64,000 nt of DNA from Lama guanicoe (GCA_013239625.1 MU055744.1:1332355-1396354), one strand, 5' to 3'. Shown: positions 25,140 through 38,285, numbered from the stretch's first letter. The notes: a model not told the origin generated them from the letters alone. A program made the numbers and translations.

Positions 25140-25689
25140 GGCAGTGCCTCTTCTGATGGCAGGCTTAGGGGTACACTCCGGAGTGCAGACTCAGGAACTA
25201 GTGGGCATTGTGGCCCTGTCTCCATCCTAAGGTAGAGCCCTGGGCGACGCCCTCTCCTCCCGGGGAGCCCCAGCAGCAGTGGCAAAGCCCAGCCAGGGGT
25301 CTGTAGGGTTGAGGTCCAGTGGCTCGTGCGCGGGGCCCTCCGTGCAGCCTGCCCCCCCGGTGGGCAGTGTGCTTGCCTGGATGCTCAGGCCGATCCCACC
25401 CGGGCCCGCACGTCCCGCACTGTGCTCGCCCTGCAGGGTGGTGCCCGGACCTCCCCAGGAGGCACGCGCTCTCCGGTCAGCACTGAGCTGTGTGCCGGGC
25501 TGAGGAGCTGCCCTGCGGGGAGCCCCGTCCGCGGACCCTTGACGGGGGAACTGCGGCTCCACGGGATGCTGCCTGCCGGTCACCCGTCTGCTCGGAGGGT
25601 GTTGGAGCCCCTCTCACTGGGGACTGTGGTCTGGAAGGTGATTGGTGCCCCCTAGGGCGGGACGGCAGTGATGGGGTTCTCTCTTGCAG

Positions 25690-25758
25690 AACTACATGAC
25701 CCCCCTGAGACTGGTGCTGAGCCCGGCGGACATGGCAGCTGTCTTCATCAACCTGGAG
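25690..25758 (+). CDS. VAV2: VAV2 exon 8 (69 nt), DH
   Basis: tgcag|AAC...GAG|gtgagg; [23 protein letters not shown]. Confidence 0.97.
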
Positions 25759-26943
25759 GTGAGGGCCCCCCACCCCAGCTCGCCGCGTGCAGGCTGTGGT
25801 TCCTGAGCTGCTGGGGCTTCAGGCCAGCTCCAGCCTGACCATCCCCAGGGGTCCCCGAGGGCTGATCCCTGGGGGTCCCGGAGGGCTGGTTCTTGCCAGT
25901 TGCATGATTGGTCCTGGCTAAAGGGTGTTTTGGGGGCCGACAGATGGGAAGAGAGCGGCCGCCCTTCCCTCCAGAGTCTTTGGTTTTAGGGGATGGGAGT
26001 TTCTGGGCACTTCCCCCGCCCACTGCCTGTGCTGGTGGCACATCTCAGACGCACTCACCCTGGAGAAAGCGTGAGGTTTTGTCAGCAGCCAGAGAGAAAT
26101 GTGCCCGCCCCACCTCGCTGGGCAGAGACCTAGCTGTGCTGCTCTGCGGAGCCTGAGCACGGACATGGGACGGCGAGTCCTTGTGAGGAGGCCCCCCGTG
26201 ACGCGGTCGGCAGAGCAGGGCGGCGCGCGTGGCCGGGCTCCCCCTGGGGGCGCTGGCCCTGCTCCCTGCAGGATGCCAGCAGCTGGTGTGGCAGCTCCCG
26301 TGGCTCCCCGGCCCCTCATCAGCTCCAGGGGTGGGCGCTGCTCACCTCCTGGCGAGGCTGATGCAGACCCTGGATTTTCGTTCCCTCTGTGCTCCCGACC
26401 TTGGGTTCATCCTGCCATGAACAGTGGCAAAATGACCACAGGCAGAATGGGGGCCCGGGTGGGGGGCTGGGGGGCCGTGGGGTTGCCTGTGTCCATCCGC
26501 CTGCTCTGTAAGTGGGACACACTTCTCCGGGGCTGAAGCCCTGACTCCTCGGTGGGGAGACTTCATCCCTCTGAGCCTGTGGGCCCTTCACTCCCTCGCA
26601 CAGCGGGCGGCTCCCCAGGATGCTGGCTGGGGACATTGTCCCTTTCTGGCACCAGAGCCTGCCCGGGGTCGGGTACCACGTGTCTGGACAGGCTGATGCG
26701 GGCTGCAGACGGCTGCTCTCAGACTGCGGTGGGGCTTCCATGAACTCAGGGCTCCGTGCACGCCCATCACCAAGCACCTTCTAGTGAACAGCACAGGGCG
26801 TTTCTGTGGAGGGTGCACCCCCTGCCCGGCCGCTCGCGTGACATCCTTCATCAGAACAACGGGTCTGGATGAGTGTGGCGGAAGAGCGTGTGTGCTCTCC
26901 CGGCCCCCGTGCCTGTTCACACACCTACTGCTTTTCCTCCCAG

Positions 26944-27044
26944 GATGTCATTAAGGTGCATCACAGTTTCCTGAGGGCCATCGACGTGTCCATGATGGCG
27001 GGGGGCAGCACTCTGGCCAAGGTCTTCCTGGACTTCAAGGAAAG
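26944..27044 (+). CDS. VAV2: VAV2 exon 9 (101 nt), DH
   Basis: cccag|GAT...GAA AG|gtgagt; [33 protein letters not shown](R). Confidence 0.97.
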
Positions 27045-29567
27045 GTGAGTGGCAGGCCTTCCCTGCCACCCTCCCTGTCTGCAGGGCCTCAGGAGCTTCC
27101 AGGCGTCCCTTTAGTTCTGCCCCGGGGTCAGGGCAGAGCTGGCAGGGCCACTTCACCCAGTTTACGGCGTGTGGTGGTGTCTGAGGCGGGGGCGGCGCCC
27201 GCCACCCCGTCCTCACTTGTAAACTGCCCTCACAGCCTGGATGGGAGGGGCCACTCGGGGGTCCCGCAGCCCCTCCACCTCTATTCCTGGGGGTCTCGGT
27301 GGCTGACGGGCATCGAGCCATCACGGTGCCCCTGCTGCGCTCCAGGTCCCGGGGAAACTGGGCTCTGGGACAGTCTGTCCCTGCGTGCTGGGCCCGGGTT
27401 GGGGGTGGCATGGAGCAGCTGTGCAGGCCTGAGAGAGGGGTCGGGGCTGCAGGGGACTGGCTGGGAGCCCAGGCTCCGGGTCCTCAGGGCCGAGGCCAAG
27501 TCCTTCTTCCTTGCCCGTGGGTGACACTGCACCCTGGCTTCTTCATCGGTCGGTCAGGGACAAGGATGGCGTCTGTGCCACTCTGTGCTGTGAGGGTACA
27601 CAGAGGGCAGTCCTGGGCTGTGAGCACGCCGGTCCACACCCAGCGAAGGCCTGGTGGGCGGAGGGGCCGGACCTGGGTGTCCAGGCCGGGCTGCACGCGG
27701 CAGCAGCGGGCAGGGATTTGCAGCCATCCTGGCAGAAATCGGCTTCAGCCCTGGACGTAGGGGGGCAGTGGTTCTGGGGCCGTGATGCACAGAGCCCTGG
27801 TCTCATCCGGCTCCCGGCAGCTTCGGGGCAAATGTCCGTGGAGCCCGAGGGGCTGAAGATGCTCTCGTCAGAATCCCAGGTGGTCCCCCACCCCAGGCTG
27901 GTGCCCAAGTGGTCAGGCTGAGTCTAGATGTGGAGAGGGCCCAGCCTCCATCCCGCCAGAAGGTCACCCCTGGTAACTGTGCCCGTGAGTGAGTGGGACC
28001 CTCGTCCAGAATCACACTGTTGACGCAGGAGGGTGACAGCTCCTGGGAACCACTGCAGGGTCTTTTTTTTTTTTTTTTTTACTGTTAAACCAGCCCCTCT
28101 GTCCCCCAAGTTGATGGCGGGGGTGCCGAGCCAGACTTCTATTCTCCACAATGTCTTGCTGGAGCCTGGTGGGGGAGGACTGGATTCTGGAAGCTTCTGA
28201 CCAAGTGTGAGGGGACAGCTGTCAGGCTGGCTCTGCTGTCCCAACGGAGGCCTTGGCCCCTGCTTCCCTCTCTCACACCTCAGCAGCTGGTTCTCCAAGA
28301 CGGGGCTGCTGACAGGGACGAAGCCAGTCTACGCTGAGTGCTCACAAGATGCTGGCGTTGCAGGGGGCGGGGGGGGAGATGGTGGGTTCAGCGGCTGGCG
28401 TCTCAAGGGATCCATCAGGAGACGGCGCCTCGCTTTCTGTCCCTTGTAGAATCTCTGAAGGAGCCGGAAGGTTCTCCCTTCGTGGTTCCTCTGCCTGGCT
28501 GCTCAGCGGTGCCACCTGGGAGCTTGTTAAAAATACCAATTCCTGGGGTCTGATGGGGGGTCGGGGTCCTGGGAGCTGGAGGAGGCCCCCCGGGGGCTGG
28601 TGGGGCCGTGGCTCCGTCCCGTCCTCCTCTGCAGGAGCACCCCCTGCACTGCCCACCAGGTCCCTCAGCTTAGCTCACAGCCCTCCCTGCCCAGGGCCGG
28701 GTGCTCAGGTGCTCTCCCCAGGTGTCCTGAAGCCCCAGGCAAGGAGCCGTGTCCCCCGGAGCAGGCACGGGTCCTCGAGCCTGCTCCCTAAGGGGCCGTG
28801 GGTCGGGGGGCTCCTGGGGCCATGAGGGAGCCAGCAGTGCCCGCGAACAGGTGGCAGCGGTAGCCAGAGGAGCGCAGACAGGCTTTCTCCAGGCACCAGC
28901 AGGAGGTGGGCGCGTGCCGGCGGCCCCAGGGGTGGGGATGCGGGTGGGGCTGGGGGTCAGGCTGGCTCCCTAGCCTGCCATCTGTCCCCGGGGAGGTTTT
29001 CCTCTCACATGGCTGCAAGCCCACGGGCCAGGCGAGCCCATGGAGCCCGGCTGGTGGACTCGAGCTGCCGTCAGACCTCACCCTCGCCCAGGTGGCGGGC
29101 ACAGCAGACACTTCTCAGTGCCTCATGAGCGCTGCTCCTTGGCTGTGGGGTGCGGGTGGGGAAAAAGGCTGAAGCCAGACTGGCTCCGAGGCCCGGTGAC
29201 CAGGCTGGAGGGCAGGAATGGCACAGATGGACGGCCTGCCTGCCCCCGGGACCCTCCACCTCCCTGGCACACGGGCTCGGCTGCCCATCCTGTCCTGCGG
29301 TCCAGTGTGCTTTAGGCCCAGTGCCATCCTCTGTACACAACCTTGGGCTGACCTGCCCCCGGGCCTCCTTTCCACCTTTGAGCATTGCGGTGAGCGGAGT
29401 GCATCGTGGCACCAGGAGCTCTGCCGACAGTCACCGCCCAGCCAGGCGTCGGGGGCCCAGCCCTCTTGTCGGGGTCCCTTTGGGAGCAGGGCTGGCTGTG
29501 TTTTATCAGAGCTCATTTGCCAAAATCACTGGGTCCACCCCAGCGTCCACCTTTTCTGTCGCCTCCC

Positions 29568-30090
29568 TTTTTTAAATTGAAATATAGTCAGTTTGCAATG
29601 TTGTGTCAGTTTCTGGTGTACAGCACAGTGTTTCAGTCATCTATTCGTTTTCATGTCCTTTTTCATGATGGGTTATTATAAGATATTAAATATATACTGT
29701 AGAAACTTGTTTATCTATTTTATATATAGTTTAGTACTTGTAAGTCTTGAACTCCCAGTTTATCCCTTCCCACTCCCTTTCTCCCCTGATAACCATAAGT
29801 TTGTTTTCTATGTTTCTGAGTCTGTTTCTGTCTAATAAATAAGTTCACTTGTGTCTTTTTTTTAACTCCTCATATAATTCATATTACATGGTAATTTTCT
29901 TTCTCTTTCTGGCTTATTTTACTTAGAATGACGATCTCCAGGTCCATCCATGTTGCTGCAAATGGCACTATTTTATTCTTTTTCTTGGCTGAGTAGTATT
30001 CCATTGTACATGTACACCACAATGTCTTTATCCAGTCATCTGTCAGTGGACATTTAGGTTACTTCCATGTCTTGGCGATCGGAAACAGTG
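29568..30090 (-). mobile_element. Young 5'-truncated L1 (artiodactyl/camelid-type 3' end)
   Basis: ttttttaaattgaaatatagtcagtttgcaatgttgtgtcagtttctggtgtacagc...ccatccatgttgctgcaaatggc...ttccatgtcttggc; AT-rich. Confidence 0.9.
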
Positions 30091-30154
30091 GCACTTTCCT
30101 TTTTATTTCTAGTTTTATTTCGATCCCTGAGTCCTTGAAGGCCCTGACATCCGC

Positions 30155-30650
30155 TGGCTCACCAATTCCACCAGCATTTATGATGCCTGTTCTGTGTGGC
30201 TCCTGAGCTCTGGGCCAAGGACACCATGGTGAACAGAGCAGGCGCTGCTCTTCCTGGGAAACAAGTCCACAGACAAAAGACTTCTCATGAGCTGTGATAG
30301 TAGCTGAGAGATGGGGAGGGGGATCAGCGAGGTGGGGAGGGGGCTGGTATGTATCAGAGGATAGGGGCCCCCAAGGTCCCAGGTGAGAAGAGACCGCCTC
30401 TAGAGAGCTGGGGGCAGCAGAAGCAGAGGGCAAGGCCCTGGCCAGAGATTGGAGCTCTGACTATTTTGGGAACTGGCAGAGGCCAGAGGAGCAGGATTAA
30501 GGGCACAAAGTGGAGGTTCTCCAAGAAGCAGTTGCAAGGTTCTGCGGGCTTTGGTAGGCCAAGATAGGGATTTAGTTTTTTTTTTTAATGAGAGCAGGAG
30601 AAACCGTCGAGGAATTCGAGTGGCAAGATCTGAGCAGCTCAACACGGATG
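30155..30650 (-). mobile_element. L2 LINE fragment
   Basis: caccagcatttatgatgcctgttctgtg...gacaccatggtgaacagagcagg, reverse L2 3' region. Confidence 0.55.
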
Positions 30651-31480
30651 AAGGGTGGTGTAACATCTGAGCACAGTATGATCAGCACCAAGTGCAGAGG
30701 ACAGCCACCTCCTTCTTTTTGGAGGTTATACTTCCATTAATGCAGCCTTGGTCCTCAGACAAGGCAGACAGATGCTCCTGTGAGCCTTGCCACGTGGGAG
30801 TGAAGGAGACATCTCCCACACAGAGGGAGCTGGCTCTGGGGAGGAGTTTGCATTAAAGTCCATTGTTTGTATTCAGAGCTGAGGCTGCCCATGGTGGCGG
30901 AGCCTGACCTCTGGTGGGTCAGGGAGTCAGGCAGGTTGGACGTGGGGCGGAAGGACCAGGAAGGACGCCAGCCTTCCGGGGAAGGCAGGAGACTGGCTGT
31001 CGGGGGCACTGCTGTGGGGCCTCGCGCAGGTCTTGTCAGGAGGAACGTCATCTGGAACACGATGAACAGCAGGTTCCCCCCACCCGTCCCCCCGATGACG
31101 GGACCCTGTGGGATTTCCGTGAGGGTCTGGGGAGAGGCTCTGGGCAGGTGAGTGCTTTGGCGCTCTGTGGCCTCTCCTTGCTCTAGTGTTAGACTCTGGC
31201 TGTGCCTTCCATTCGTGGGGTCCAGGGTCTCAGGGGCCCGTCATCTCAGAGCCCGAGGTTGGGTGTCCTGCATGGACACAGCCCTCCCGTATCTCAGCGC
31301 CCACAGCTCCTGCCGGGGTTCGCATGGCTCCCTGTCTGGAGGGCTGCCCCGGACCCTCAGCTGGAGAGGCCTGTAGCTCCCACTCTGTCGATACCTTTGC
31401 TGGACGGCGAAGCTGAGGACGGGTGGGGGCCCTGGTTAGCGCTCAGACGTGCTGCGGTGTGGATGGAGGGTGAAGGGGTC

Positions 31481-32208
31481 AGTGTGAGCGTCCTGGGGCA
31501 GTGGTAACCACGGATCTCAAAGTTGGTGGCGTCAAACAACAGAAATTTCGTTCTTTCTCAGTTTTGGAGGCCAGCATCCAAGCCAGGGTCCCTGGGCCAC
31601 GGTCCTTCCTGCCTCTTCCAGCCCCGGGGGGCCCGTGGCGTCCTTGGCTTGTGGCCGTATCGTTGTAGCCTCTGTTCCGTCCTCACACGGCTTCTCCTCT
31701 GTGCCTCCGCCTTTTCTCTCTTGCAAGGACACTCTCGTTGGATTTAGGGCCCACATTAGTCCAGTATGGCCTCAGTTCAGTCTTCACTATAATTACGTCT
31801 GCAAAGACTCTCTTTCCTTTTTTTTTAATTGAAGTATAGTCAGTTTACAGAGTTATGCTAATTGCTGGTGTGCAGCATAGTGATACAGTTATAAGTGAAT
31901 ATATATATATATGTACACCTTTTCATATTCTCTTTCCTTATAGGCTATTACAAGATACTGAATGCAGTTCCCTGTGCTGTACGGGAGGACCTCATTGTTC
32001 CTCTGTTTTATATATAGTAGTTAGTGTCTGCAAATCTCAAACTCCCGGCTCATCCCTCCCCACTCCCTTCCCCTTGGTAACCGTAGGTTTGTTTTCTGTC
32101 TGTGAGTCTGTTTCTGTTCTGTAAATACGTTCGTTTGTGTGCAAGTATGGTTCTCTCCCGAGGCTCCTGGTGGACGTGGCTTTGGGCTCCCCCATTCGGC
32201 CCAGTACA
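31481..32208 (-). mobile_element. MLT1B-like MaLR solo LTR, split by an L1
   Basis: aaacaacagaaattt...ggatttagggcccac...aattacgtctgcaaagac (to ~31817); resumes ~32142 with ggtggacgtggctttggg...cattcggcccagtaca. Confidence 0.85.
31818..32141 (-). mobile_element. Young L1 3' end nested in MLT1B
   Basis: ttttttttttaattgaagtatagtcagtttacagag...ttccccttggtaaccgtaggtttgttttctgtctgtgagtctgtttctg. Confidence 0.88.
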
Positions 32209-33899
32209 GGGCATCCCTGGCTGGTCAGCTGAGTCCCTGTGCAGTCCCACCCCCTCCATCTCAGGCTGCCCACAAGGTCAGCAGGGGGGTGTGTGTCTGC
32301 TCTGCAGTTGGACGGGGATGCAAGAGGGTCCGGCCCTGGAGTGTTGTCCAAGGGACTCAGGAGAGACCACTGCAGCCTCGCCGTGTGGCCGGGAAGACTG
32401 GGCTTGGGCACCACATGGCTCGTGGGTTTGCTTTGGGACCCGGCCGGCTCACTGCCTTACTGGTGACCTAGGAGTCCTGTCGAGTCTCAGAGGCTGGAAG
32501 TGGTGCATCGGTGAGGACGAGGTGTGGCTGCATCGCAGGGTCTGGGCTGTACGTGGCCGCGGTGCGGTCTCCTCCTCACCTATTTACAGATGAGGAGAAC
32601 GGCAGGAGGCTTGTGGTCACAGCTGCTCGGCATGTGCACGCGTGAGGGCCTGTGCAGGCCGGGGCTCCAGGCTGGATGCTGGGACGCGGGGAGGAGGGAG
32701 ACCCGTCCCGGGGCTCGGAGCCGGTGCGGAGGTGGGGGTGCCCCGTCTCCTTTGCGCGTGCCACCTGCCCGGACAGGCCTCTGCCCCGCTGCTCCCTGCC
32801 CATTCCATACTTCTCTGTCTGGCCCCACTGAACCAGGGGACAGAGTGGGGAGTGGAAGGGACGCAGCGGGAAATGATAGGGCAGGGTTTTGACAGATGAG
32901 AACAAGTTTGCTGGCTGGAGAAGGCTGCCAGCCCAGGCTGATGCTGTGGGGAAAGCAGGGTTGGGATCTGCTCTCCGCACACCTTGTCTGCCAAAACCTC
33001 GGGCTCAGCTGAGCCTGGGGAGTGTGGAAGCTAAGGGGGCCCCCAAAAGGCTGGCTTGGCCGCTCCAGAGCTGTGGGGCCCCGGGCATTTGGGGTGAGGT
33101 CTGCAGAGCACGGGGAGTGCGTGGGGGCCCTGAGAGAGAGCAGGAGGCAGGGGCCTTTGTGACCTGGAAAGTGAGGCGTCTGCTGGGCTGCGATCAGCGT
33201 TTTCGCTGCCCACGCAGATTTTCCTTGATGTGGGTGTCCAGGCCGTCACCCGTCAGCTCACCTCAAACAACTTGCACAGAAACCTCTGGCTCCAGGCCCC
33301 AACTGCTTCCAGAGATGATGGATTTTAAGCAACTTTTCAATGAAAATTCTCACTTGAATAGCAGAGTCACTTAAGTGGAAACCAGGGCTCAGACCCTCGT
33401 GCACCGTGGCTCCTGGTCGGAGCGTCACACTCTGCCAGCTGGGGCCGACTGCTTTCCAGGCTGCAGACACAGGACCCGGCCCTCTGCCCCAAACCCTCAA
33501 GGCCCCGGGGAGGTCTTGGCAGAGCCGGGGTCTCCCGATGCCTGGCCCAGCCGTGGTCACTGCTGGCCCCCTGGGCCCTGTGGGGAGACCCCAGGGATTC
33601 CCATGGGCCAGGAGGCTCTGGAGCACCGTCCCCCCTGGAAAGTGAAGCCAGTGACGGCGCAGGCCCGACTGCCCACCCTGCGTGCCTCGCCGGGTGCCCC
33701 CAGGTGAAGCTGCGTCCACGGGGGACAGAGAAACGGCCCTGAGGCCATCCGGGCCTGTTCCCAGAGACTGTCCCGAGCTTCCCAGAGCCAGGCTGGGGGC
33801 GGCCTCAGACGTGTGCTGATGCGCAGCATAACCTGGCATCTGACAGGTTCCTGTGCCTGGCCCGGCCTCCTGGCGAGGCTGCGGCGGCGGCCAGACCTT

Positions 33900-33990
33900 C
33901 ACCCCTTACTGGCTGAGGACTCTTAGCAAGTTCACTGAGGCCTCAGTTTCCTCGCCTGAGAGTGGAGTTCATCATCCCACGTCTGTAAGT
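33900..33990 (+). mobile_element. MIR SINE fragment
   Basis: ctcttagcaagttcactgaggcctcagtttcctcgcctg. Confidence 0.65.
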
Positions 33991-34973
33991 GGGGTGAAGT
34001 CATGACGTCGTGGGTGAAGCATCCGGTCGGGGTGGCTCCCAGCGCTGGAGGCGTCCCCTGCCTGGTTCTTCTGCAGGGGCCTCTTCTGTAGCCGGTGACC
34101 GGGTTTTCGAAGATGAAGTTTCAGGCTAGTGACCTGAGGCCCTGAGAGTGCTGGGGCCCTGGGGCTGGGGGCTCCCGTCTGTGGGCCCTGGGGGACGGTC
34201 GTACGCCCAGTTGGGGTCAGAGAAGAGGGGGTTAGGAAGAGGCAGCACAAGATGAGACCCAGGATGGCCGGTGGGAGACCAGGATGCAGTGGACGCAGCG
34301 GGGCCTGCAGGGGGTGGCGGGGCTGGATCACAGAGAGCGCCTGCTCCCACGGCGGCTTCCCCACGGCTCCTCTGGGCGCCCGAGGCCGACGTACCCATCT
34401 CCCAGGAGCCGAGGGACACTTGGGGCTGACGTCACCTTGCCCTGAGAGGCGGGTGCCTAGGATCCAGGCACAGGGCAGCAGTGCCGGGTGCAAGCAAGAG
34501 GGGCCCACAGGGTCCCCGCACCTTGAGACGTCAGCTCAGGGGCCACCAGGACGGGCCTTCATGCCCCGTGTGTGGGCTGGAGCTTCAGCCTGCTGAGGTC
34601 CCCCCGCCTGGGAAAGGGGGCTTCTCTCCAGCTTGGCCTTTTCCAGGGTCAGGATGCGGGGCTGAGGATGGCATCCCCACACCAGGTCCTGACCTGAAAC
34701 AGAACCACAGAAGGGTCCCTCTTCGGGTTTGGGGAGGACAGGGGTGCCCTCCATCCCAGCATATGACAACCCTCCTCCAAGGCCGGCGGTATTTCGGGAA
34801 GGGAGGGAGGCAGGCAGCCACACGGAAAGAGCAAAACCATCAAACATGTGAACGCGTGGGGAGCTGTCACGGGGAGTGACCCGTCTGCTGTGCTTAGAGC
34901 CTGTGGTGAAAGCGGGCTCACACCGAGTGTGTGTGTGTCCGTGTGTGTCCGTGTGTGCGCCCCTGCCGTCCAG

Positions 34974-35073
34974 GCTCCTGATCTACGGGGAGTACTGCAG
35001 CCACATGGAGCACGCCCAGAACACGCTGAACCAGCTCCTCGCCAGCAGGGAGGACTTCAGACAAAAAGTCGAG
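34974..35073 (+). CDS. VAV2: VAV2 exon 10 (100 nt), DH
   Basis: tccag|G CTC...GAG|gtaaag; [33 protein letters not shown]. Confidence 0.97.
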
Positions 35074-35949
35074 GTAAAGGGGCTTCCCGGCCCGGCCCTG
35101 GCCTCTTGGGGGTCTCGTGGGAAGGTAGGGACGGGGCGGTGATGTGACTTTTTGTGTAGATGTTTTTGGAGATGATTTTTTTCCTTTCTGTTTTGTTGGG
35201 GTTGGGAGTGGGCAGGGGAAGGTCACCGTCCCAGACCAGGGCCCAGCCTGAGTCCCGGGGTGCGGGGGTGGCAGGGCCCGGGACCAGGTCCAGCTGAGTG
35301 AGGGGCTGCGACTGACCCCTGACGCCAAGGGGGCCCTAGGTAACGACGTTGCTGGGAGCCTCAGAGCCTCCCACCCCTGCTGTGTCCTCACCCCAGGCTC
35401 AGGGCTGGACTCTGGTCCTTGCTGAGTTTCCCACGTGAGCCCCTCTCCAGGCCCCTCACTGGGGCAGCCGGGCTGCCCCTGGACGCTGGACTTCCCATGT
35501 GGTGTTTGGCCAGACTGTTTCCAGAATGAACCCTGGTGCAACGTCCCTTTGCTCCAGGAATGCTGGGCATGACACCCCCTCTTGGAGACGCCTGATGCCC
35601 CTGTGTCCAGGCAACCAGTGGGGAGCCCCTGAGGGCAGCCCACCTCAGTGAGCTGGCTTCCCGAGTGTCTCTGGTAGACCGCAGGCCAGGGGTCAGTCAG
35701 AATCCCAGAGACCCCACGTGGCCGCTGCAAACCCCTGAGGCCGTGAGAGGCAGCCGGCCCCCGTCCACCTGTCTGCACACACCTGGCCGGGGGCGTGTCT
35801 CCGGGAGCCAGCCCGGGCAAGGCCCAGACGCCGGGGCCAAGTCCTGGGCTTGGGTCGGCCCTGCCTCCCCAGGCTGGGGTCGGCAGTACTGTGGCCCAGC
35901 GTTGCCAGGCAGGGAGCTCCGAACTCACTTGCTGCTCCCCGGCCCTCAG

Positions 35950-36045
35950 GAATGCACGCTGAAGGTCCAGGACGGCAAGTTTAAGCTGCAGGACCTGCTG
36001 GTGGTGCCCATGCAGAGGGTCCTCAAATACCACCTGCTCCTGAAG
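35950..36045 (+). CDS. VAV2: VAV2 exon 11 (96 nt), DH
   Basis: ctcag|GAA...AAG|gtgaga; [32 protein letters not shown] (DH signature [12 protein letters not shown]). Confidence 0.97.
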
Positions 36046-36690
36046 GTGAGAGCGGCCAGAGTGTCAGGGCCCGGCAGCCTCCAGGGCTGTGGGGGCCACA
36101 CAGGGAAGACAGTCCGGGCCCCGCACGCAAAGACTGAAATGCGTGTCAGGGTTGGGTCAGCGCTCAGGTGTCTCGTGAACGTCTGTCGTAGTGAATGTAC
36201 AAGGGAAGTTATGATTCAAGTCAGTAAGAGGGCAGAAGAACTGGAAGGAGACAGATGTGTCGTCAGGCCGGGAATACGAGCCGTAGCTGATCACTGAACC
36301 CAGTCCCCGAGCTTCCTGGTGGCCGTGGAAATAGAGTCATTCTGGACAGATAGGCCTGTGGGGCGGACTCTTGTTTCTGCGAGGAGCCGTGCGAAGCTCG
36401 TCAGTGAATCAGCAGGCCCCCTACCATCTCAGCACGCTGCTTTACACTGTCTTAATGTCCCTTCCGTTGTCCACGAGAGTTGGGGACACGTCACCTTGCA
36501 GCGGTGTGTCCCCTGGGTTAGGGCTGGCTGGCTGCCTGCTGGACTTGGGCAGCCGGACCAGATCCTGGGTGGGCGGCGGGCTCTCGTCCCGAGGGCCTGG
36601 CTCTGCGTGCACACCCGGTGCTGAGTGGGGGAGCGGGCAGAGACCAGGACCCCCGAGTGGTGACACGTGAGTCCCTTCTCTCCCCTCCAG

Positions 36691-36759
36691 GAACTTCTGA
36701 GCCATTCCACTGACCGGCCAGAGAGGCAGCAGCTCAAAGAAGCTCTGGAGGCCATGCAG
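36691..36759 (+). CDS. VAV2: VAV2 exon 12 (69 nt), DH
   Basis: tccag|GAA...CAG|gtgggc; ELLSHSTDRPERQQLKEALEAMQ. Confidence 0.97.
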
Positions 36760-37836
36760 GTGGGCGGGTACATGGACCGGGGGGCCGGGCCAGCCGGGGG
36801 CGGGAGGCGCCAGGCCCGCCGTCGTTGGCAGCACTTGGACTTGCTAACAACGTTACCCCGTGACCGTAGGCGTAGATTTTCCTGGGACACCAAGAGGCAG
36901 GGCAAGGGGCAGGGAGGTGGGTGAGACACACTCAAGGGCGGAGGCTGGGTGGAGGGGGGCTGCCGCAAGGGGTCTCTTCCTGATGTCCCCTGGCCCACAG
37001 TGACTCCCCAGGGGCCACTCGTCCTCCTGCTTTCCTGACCGTCTGCCAGGGCCGCCACCCGTGCCCGGGCACTGGACTCAGTTCTGGGCCACCTGGCGCG
37101 GTGCTGCCCATGGCCCCGGCTGCAGCATCTGCTTCTGGAATGCCCACCACCCCCAGCCACACCGCCTCTCCCCTCCAAACCTCTGTCCCTAGAAGCTCAC
37201 TGTGCAGCTCAGCCCCTGGAAGGAGAGCCTAACTCACGTGCCTCCTCTGCGGCTCCCCATTGCCCACTGCGTCAGGCTCCTCATCCCGCAAGCAGGCCCC
37301 CCCCAGGTGCTGGTGCCGGCTTTGCAGCTGTGTTTACCACCAGTGCCCCACCTCCCAGGCAAGCTGGGCCGCTCTCAGCCCCTGAATGTGCTCCGTCCTT
37401 TCCCACCTGTGTGTTGGCTCAGGCCGATCCTGTCCTTGTCACCTGACTACGTCGTGTGCCACCTCGGTCTTTGCAAAGTGACATTCCCAGGATTGTCCCC
37501 TCTCTGGTTTCTGTCCCCCCGCTGCTCAGTGGTCTGTGTCGAGAGCTTCTTGGAGTGGCCCTGTGCTCCTGGAGAGCTTCACTCCAGCCGTGTGTGGACC
37601 CTGTGGCCTGGACCACCACGGAGGCCACGGTGGTTGGATAGCTCACTAGGCCCATCTTGTAATGTTGTACCTCAAGATCTTGGACTCTGCCCTGCCTCTG
37701 GGCTCCTCGTGGGGACCACCTGGAGGCACTGGAGGGGAGGCTGGGGCCAGATGTCACCTCCACCCTCTGCCTGGTTCAGGGACTCCACTCCAGACGCTGG
37801 GTGCCTGGCCCACTCAACCCTCTGGATTGCAGCGGG

Positions 37837-37855
37837 CAGTGCCCCCTGGTGGCCA
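37837..37855 (-). promoter_or_regulatory. CTCF motif (consensus match)
   Basis: Reverse complement TGGCCACCAGGGGGCACTG; occupancy unknown. Confidence 0.6.
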
Positions 37856-38285
37856 GCAGGAGGCTGCAGTGTGTGGATGGCGGGGTAGACGGGGTCCCTG
37901 AGTTCTGCCGAGACTCCAGGAGGGGTGCCCACTTCCTGAGGGCTAAGAAGTGGGCTGGTCCAAGTCTACTGCGCTGTCAAGAACGGGGCAAGGGACCCCC
38001 TAGAAGGGGTGGAGAGCTGCTGTAGGAGACGGGGTTTCTTGGCCCACTGATGGGGCACAGCTTTGGGGTGTCACCTTTCCTGCCTCATTTGTCCAGTGAG
38101 GTGACGCTTCTCACCCTTGCGCCATTTCCAGGACCAGCCACCTCTGGGGACGGTGGAAGGTGCTTTGGAAATGCCCCGCCCCTGGACAGGTGCAGTGGGG
38201 GTTGGGGGCTGAGCCCCCTCCCGCCCCACCCAGCACAGACCTGCTCACCCCGTGCTCACCCGGGCCCACCCCTGTTGTGTTCCAG

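Noticed and set aside
34918-36033. 371-aa minus-strand ORF (and other long ORFs such as 44110-44988, 44526-45398, 48522-49415)
   Set aside because: Pro/Gly/Arg/Ala-rich with no recognisable domain. Long stop-free frames are expected at this GC content and antisense to coding exons.
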